A stretch of DNA of 64,000 nt, taken from positions 1,065,257 through 1,129,256 of the forward strand of contig OY969106.1 in the NCBI GenBank assembly GCA_963697955.1, read 5' to 3'. Of this stretch, positions 59,725 to 64,000 are shown piece after piece; positions within the stretch are counted from its first letter, which is position 1; every line of letters begins with the position of its first letter. The translations under genes and the position numbers were made by a program. Below the pieces are notes generated by a model. The model was not told the origin of the DNA. It did no database searches and worked only from the letters and a program-made list of their open reading frames with translations. This DNA comes from an uncultured Solirubrobacteraceae bacterium (GTDB lineage: Bacteria > Actinomycetota > Thermoleophilia > Solirubrobacterales > Solirubrobacteraceae).

Positions 59725-60447
59725 ATGATCGACCTGCACTGCCACATCCTGCCCGGGCTGGACGACGGCGCACTGGACCTCGATGACAGCGTGACGATGG
59801 CGCGCCAGGCCGAGCGCGACGGGATCGGCGCGATCTGCGCAACCCCCCATCTCCGCCACGACCACGACGTGGAGGTCGCGGAGATCGCCTCCCGCTGCGA
59901 GTCGCTGCAGCGGGAGCTCACCAAGCGCGGGATCGACGTTCGGGTGCTGCCCGGCGCGGAGTTGGCCCAGACCGAGGCCGACCGCCTCAGCGATCAGGAT
60001 CTAGGTCTCGCCACCCTCGGCGCGGCGGGGGGATGGGTGCTGCTGGAGCCGGCGCCAGGACCGCTCTCAGGAGAGCTCGAGGAGCTCGCCCGCCGACTCG
60101 CCCAACGCGGTGTGGGCAGCGTGATCGCCCACCCTGAGCGGCACGCGGCAGAGGACTTCGAGGAGCGCCTGAGAGCGCTGGTGAGCATGGGGTGCCTGAT
60201 CCAGTGGACGGCAGCCTTCGTCGCCGCGGGGGACACGGGCGGGGAGCTCGTGCTGCGCCTCGCGATGGATGGCCTGGTGCACCTCCTCGGCAGCGATGCT
60301 CACTCCTCGCATGGAGGGCGCCCGGTGCAACTGGCAGACGGGTACGAGCGCCTGGCGAGCGTGTGCAGTGGCGAGCGGATGGAGTGGATGATCGAGCGAG
60401 CGCCGCGGGCGATAGTGCGGGGGAAGCCGCTCACACCGCTGCCGTGA
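59725..60447 (+). CDS. PHP-family tyrosine phosphatase (CpsB/CapC/YwqE-like)
   Basis: IDLHCHILPGLDDG, ATPH, AHPER, GSDAH. Confidence 0.92.
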   Translation: MIDLHCHILPGLDDGALDLDDSVTMARQAERDGIGAICATPHLRHDHDVEVAEIASRCESLQRELTKRGIDVRVLPGAELAQTEADRLSDQDLGLATLGAAGGWVLLEPAPGPLSGELEELARRLAQRGVGSVIAHPERHAAEDFEERLRALVSMGCLIQWTAAFVAAGDTGGELVLRLAMDGLVHLLGSDAHSSHGGRPVQLADGYERLASVCSGERMEWMIERAPRAIVRGKPLTPLP

Positions 60448-61363
60448 GCGGCTCGAGGGCAACGCTGTCAAGGAGCCGCTCGACGCTCTGGCGGGAGGCG
60501 TTGCCGAGCCCGTGACGCAGGAAGTTGGCGGCACCGGCAGCCGCGCCGACTCTCACCGCCCGCTCGAGCGGCTCACCCAGCGCCAAGCTGGCGGCCAGGG
60601 CGCCCATCATCGCGTCCCCGCAACCCTCGCGAAAGCCGCGAGTGAAGCGGGGCGGTGTGAGCTCCCAGGCGCCCTGCTCGCCGAGCACGACCCCCGGCAG
60701 CTCCCCACGGGTGACGATCACCGTGCCGGCGCCCGCGTCGCGCAGCCGCTGGGCGGCGGCGAGCAACTGCGAGGGCTCAGAGACCGGGCCACACACGAAC
60801 TGGGCGAGCTCCCAGTCGTTGAGCTTCACCAGATCGGGCTTTCCCCGCAGCGCGCTGTCGAGGCGCGGTGTGGAGAGGTCGACCATGGTGCGGGCACCGC
60901 CGGCGCGGGCGTCGGCGACGAGATCGCCATAGAGCTCGAGGGGGAGCGCCTCGCCGGGCATCGGGTTGGTGAGGATGAGCGACCCGGCGGCGATGGCCTC
61001 CCCGCAGGTCAGCGCGAAGAGCTCGTCGAGCTCGTGACGGGAAGGCGGGTCGCTGAGCGTGCAGGTGAGCAGCTCCCGCTCTCCCGTGCGGCGGTCGGTG
61101 ACGTAGCAGCCGCTGGCAGATGCCGTGCGCACGATCTGGAGATCCCCTCCGATTCGTCTGAGCAGCGTCTCCACCAGCTCGCCGCTCTCACCGCCCACGA
61201 AGCTGCATAGCACCGGCTGGGCTCCCATGCAAGCTGTCATGCGTGCCACCCACACTCCCTGTCCGCCCGCGTGGAAGTGAACCTGCTCACGCTCGGCGCC
61301 CTCACACTCGAGGGTGACGGTGAGCAGCGGGTGGGGCGCGAAGATGGCAACCCTTGGGCTCAT
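60431..61363 (-). CDS. PfkB / 1-phosphofructokinase family kinase
   Basis: HAGGQGVWVAR, KLNDWE, GCGDA; GGAGG SD. Confidence 0.88.
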   Translation of the reverse strand: MSPRVAIFAPHPLLTVTLECEGAEREQVHFHAGGQGVWVARMTACMGAQPVLCSFVGGESGELVETLLRRIGGDLQIVRTASASGCYVTDRRTGERELLTCTLSDPPSRHELDELFALTCGEAIAAGSLILTNPMPGEALPLELYGDLVADARAGGARTMVDLSTPRLDSALRGKPDLVKLNDWELAQFVCGPVSEPSQLLAAAQRLRDAGAGTVIVTRGELPGVVLGEQGAWELTPPRFTRGFREGCGDAMMGALAASLALGEPLERAVRVGAAAGAANFLRHGLGNASRQSVERLLDSVALEPLTAAV

Positions 61364-61503
61364 CCTCCCTTCAACGCTAGGCGGAGCTTGCCCAGCCGGC
61401 ATCGGTGCAAGCCGCGGCGTGCTTCCGGGATTACTACTGAGCGAGCACGACTGTGCCCTGGGCCGACCGGCGGCCGCGTCGCCTGCGCGACCGCCGAATC
61501 GCC

Positions 61504-61683
61504 TCACGCCTTGACGTTCACGGTCCTCGCTGCCGGCGCGGCAGAGGCCGGTACTCCCTTGTTGGCGTCCGAGTCGCCATCGTGATCCTTGACGCCAGGG
61601 ATCTCGACAGCCTCCTTGTTCGCTTTGGCGATCGGCGTTTGACCCTGTGCGGGCGTGACGCCCCCTACTCCAGCGATGCTCAT
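61504..61683 (-). CDS. small low-complexity protein with DHDGDSD motif
   Basis: GAGGAG SD; MSIAGVGG...KDHDGDSD...TVNVKA, 59 aa. Confidence 0.65.
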   Translation of the reverse strand: MSIAGVGGVTPAQGQTPIAKANKEAVEIPGVKDHDGDSDANKGVPASAAPAARTVNVKA

Positions 61684-61784
61684 GGCTGCTCTCCTCGGGA
61701 TCGTTTGCGTTCTCTTCATCGGCGCTGGGGTCCTGGGCTGAAGCAGATTGAGCGAGTTCTCACGCAGCGGGCTGAGGACAGGTG

Positions 61785-62069
61785 GATGGCAGACGCCTGT
61801 CTGTCAGCCATATGTCTGGCAGAGAGATGCCTGGAAACATCTTGTCGTCGCGATAACGACGACAGAAAACACCGTTGTAGTTGGGGCCGACTTGTGCGAA
61901 CATATGTTCGTATGAATGCCCTCGATCCTTCGATGCCCGCAACACGATGTCTGCCACTCAGCCCACTGGCAGCCGATCATCTGGCAGACGAGAACATGGC
62001 GGACTTCAGTCGGTCGGTCATCCATCTGACAGACGGACAACGGTCGCATTTCTCTCTGCCAGTCGAGAG
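61785..62069. repeat. degenerate 15-bp-phased CTGNCAG array (putative operators)
   Basis: Exact CTGNCAG at 61801, 61816, 61966, 61981, 62026, 62056; degenerate copies at 61786, 61831, 61951, 61996, 62011, 62041; all in one 15-bp phase. Confidence 0.7.
61897..61910. promoter_or_regulatory. LexA (SOS) box, Gram-positive type
   Basis: Perfect CGAAC-ATAT-GTTCG. Confidence 0.8.
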
Positions 62070-62078
62070 AGTCGGACC

Positions 62079-62375
62079 ATGAGCACATCCGAGGCCTATA
62101 AGGCCGAGATCGACAGATACCTAGAAGGCTTTGCGGCCAACGTTCGCCGACTCAGGACCGCAGGCACCACCGGACGCTCCCAGGAATGGCTGGCCGGTGC
62201 CACGCGGCTGCATCGCACCGAGATAGGGAGGATCGAGCAAGGCGAGGTTGAGCCGCGGCTGACCACGCTGGTGATACTCGCAGACGGGTTGAGCGTGACG
62301 ATGGAGGACCTGGTCGATGGGCTGTGGGTACCGGTGGAGCGCAAACCCCCACCCCCCAGCAGGCTTCGACAGTAG
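62079..62375 (+). CDS. XRE-family HTH regulator (controller-protein-like)
   Basis: FAANVRRLR...SQEWLA...LHRTEIGRIEQGEVEPRLTTL. Confidence 0.9.
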   Translation: MSTSEAYKAEIDRYLEGFAANVRRLRTAGTTGRSQEWLAGATRLHRTEIGRIEQGEVEPRLTTLVILADGLSVTMEDLVDGLWVPVERKPPPPSRLRQ

Positions 62376-62400
62376 CTGGGGCGCCAATTACGATCCAAGG

Positions 62401-62868
62401 ATGGACCTTGCGCGGTTCGTGAGCGCTCAAGACGCCGGCGGCGTCTACGAACGCGCGCTGTCGGAGATGCGCAGCGGACACAAGACGAGCCACTGGATGT
62501 GGTTTGTGTTCCCCCAAGCTGCCGGACTAGGACAGAGTGAGATGTCACGGAGGTACGCGATCTCCTCCTATGAGGATGCCGTCGCCTACACACGCCACCC
62601 GGTGCTGGGACCGCGGCTGATCGAGTGCGCACGGACCCTCGATGAGATCCACCGGCGAAGCGCCGAGCAGATCTTCGGACAGGTTGACGCACAGAAGCTG
62701 CATTCGTCGATGACGCTCTTTCTGCGGGCCGCGCCCCAGGAGCCGGCATTCGGCCGGGTGCTCGACAGGTACTTTGCGGGCGTGCCCGACCGGGCCACCG
62801 ATCAGCTCTTGAGGCCCGGGACGCCCCAGGCGGGCACGGAGCCGCGGACTGGAAGCTGTGGGGCCTAG
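62401..62868 (+). CDS. DUF1810 family protein
   Basis: LARFVSAQ, KTSHWMWFVFPQ, HPVLGPRL, KLHSSMTLF. Confidence 0.9.
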   Translation: MDLARFVSAQDAGGVYERALSEMRSGHKTSHWMWFVFPQAAGLGQSEMSRRYAISSYEDAVAYTRHPVLGPRLIECARTLDEIHRRSAEQIFGQVDAQKLHSSMTLFLRAAPQEPAFGRVLDRYFAGVPDRATDQLLRPGTPQAGTEPRTGSCGA

Positions 62869-64000
62869 TGGGCGCGCACGCCGAGCACTCGTACGGCCGC
62901 CCCGCCCTTGGGGGCGAGCGTGACCGCCCGCGGCACCGGCCGCGCTTCCCTTGAAGAGACGGGGCCAAGGTCGAACCGCGCCAGGATCTCGCGCAGGACG
63001 ATCTTGATCTCCAGCTGAGCGAGGGTGGCACCCACGCAGCGGTGGGCTCCGCCTCCGAAGGGCACGAAGGAGTAGGCGTCGGGCTGATGGTCGAGGAAGC
63101 GCTCGGGCCGGAAGCTGTGAGGCTCGGGGTAGATGTCGGGATCGTGATGGATGCCGTAGCCGTCCACGATCAAAGGCACGCCTGCCGGGATGGTCCATGT
63201 GCCGATAGGAAAAGGCTCGAGCAGATAGCGCCCCGCTGCGATGGGAGCCGGAGCGCGAAGCCTGAGGATCTCCTTGACGAGCGCGTCGAGGTACGCCTCG
63301 TCACCAGCGCGAGCGCGGTCCATCGTTTGAGGGTTGTGGGTGAGCAACTCGAGGCCCCACGCGATGGCGGTGGCGGTCGTCTCGTGACCGGCGAGGATCA
63401 GGGTGACGAGTTCGCTGTGGAGCTGACGATCGCCGAGGCCGACTCCGTCCTCGTTACGGGCGAGCACCATCATCGCGAGGATGTCCTCCCGCTCCTCGAG
63501 TTGCGGGTCGGCCCTGGTGGCCGCGATGTGCCGGAGCAGCAACGCGTCGATTTCGTCCTTCATCCGCCAGAACCGCTCGCCGGGCAGGTTCCAGCGCGAG
63601 CGCTCGGCCAGTTTGGGGATGAAGAACGCCAGGTTGCTCAGCGGCGTGACCATCGCGTCGAAGGTGCGTCGAAGATGCCTGCGAGTGTGTTGATCGTCGA
63701 GCCCGAGCACAGCCTGCAAGATGACATCCAGGGTCAGCTCCTGTGCGATTGGCTGCATCCTCACCACCCCTCCCACGGGCAGCTCGTCAAGCTTCTCCTG
63801 CACCAGCCGCTCCATCAGCTGCGCATATGCCTGGACGCGCTCGCCATGAAAGGGGGGCAGCAGCATCTTGCGGCGAGCCAGATGCTCTGCGGGCTCGAGC
63901 ACGAGCACCGACTGATCGCCGAGAAACGGTGTCAGGACATCGTTGCCGTGGCGCTTTTGCAGTGGCTCGCCGGTGAACAGCCGAGCGACCGCCTCCCGGT
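62865..64000 (-). CDS. cytochrome P450; 5' end outside the window
   Basis: AGHETT, EILR (ExxR), PERF, FGGGAHRCVG heme motif; frame open to the edge. Confidence 0.95.
   Translation of the reverse strand, partial: REAVARLFTGEPLQKRHGNDVLTPFLGDQSVLVLEPAEHLARRKMLLPPFHGERVQAYAQLMERLVQEKLDELPVGGVVRMQPIAQELTLDVILQAVLGLDDQHTRRHLRRTFDAMVTPLSNLAFFIPKLAERSRWNLPGERFWRMKDEIDALLLRHIAATRADPQLEEREDILAMMVLARNEDGVGLGDRQLHSELVTLILAGHETTATAIAWGLELLTHNPQTMDRARAGDEAYLDALVKEILRLRAPAPIAAGRYLLEPFPIGTWTIPAGVPLIVDGYGIHHDPDIYPEPHSFRPERFLDHQPDAYSFVPFGGGAHRCVGATLAQLEIKIVLREILARFDLGPVSSREARPVPRAVTLAPKGGAAVRVLGVRAH

Noticed and set aside
61785-62069. CRISPR array
   Set aside because: Period is 15 bp with only a ~7-bp degenerate core, no spacer-length unique sequences and no cas genes.

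Overview
GC-rich chromosomal window, most consistent with an actinobacterium of the Thermoleophilia/Solirubrobacterales type (inferred from gene content and many leaderless TANNNT-N6-9-ATG starts). The core block is pdxS-pdxT, yebC, ruvCAB, fused secDF, recJ, relA and a SAM-I-controlled thrC-like/MoaD pair. Accessory loci include tandem-duplicated secreted proteins, an HpnO-like aminotransferase/epimerase pair, a copper-uptake operon (leader ORF, His-motif exported protein, CopC-CopD, YcnI), a FedB-like/CtaG locus with unannotated small proteins, signalling genes, and a ~4.5 kb stretch (rpiR, COG2907, DUF1365, cfa) full of single-base indels that are probably assembly errors. I saw no rRNA, tRNA, CRISPR array, transposase or integrase. 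Main unexplained signals: (1) a 20-bp element TGTATARCSATKGYGATACA found three times, ~21-22 kb apart, each at the centre of a longer inverted repeat with divergent arms; in two copies an AGGAG and ATG follow at identical distances and the arm pairs over the SD; (2) a 15-bp-phased CTGNCAG array around a perfect SOS box upstream of an orphan controller-like XRE gene; (3) an RPPP-motif leader ORF ahead of the copper operon; (4) a SAM-I riboswitch lacking P4.
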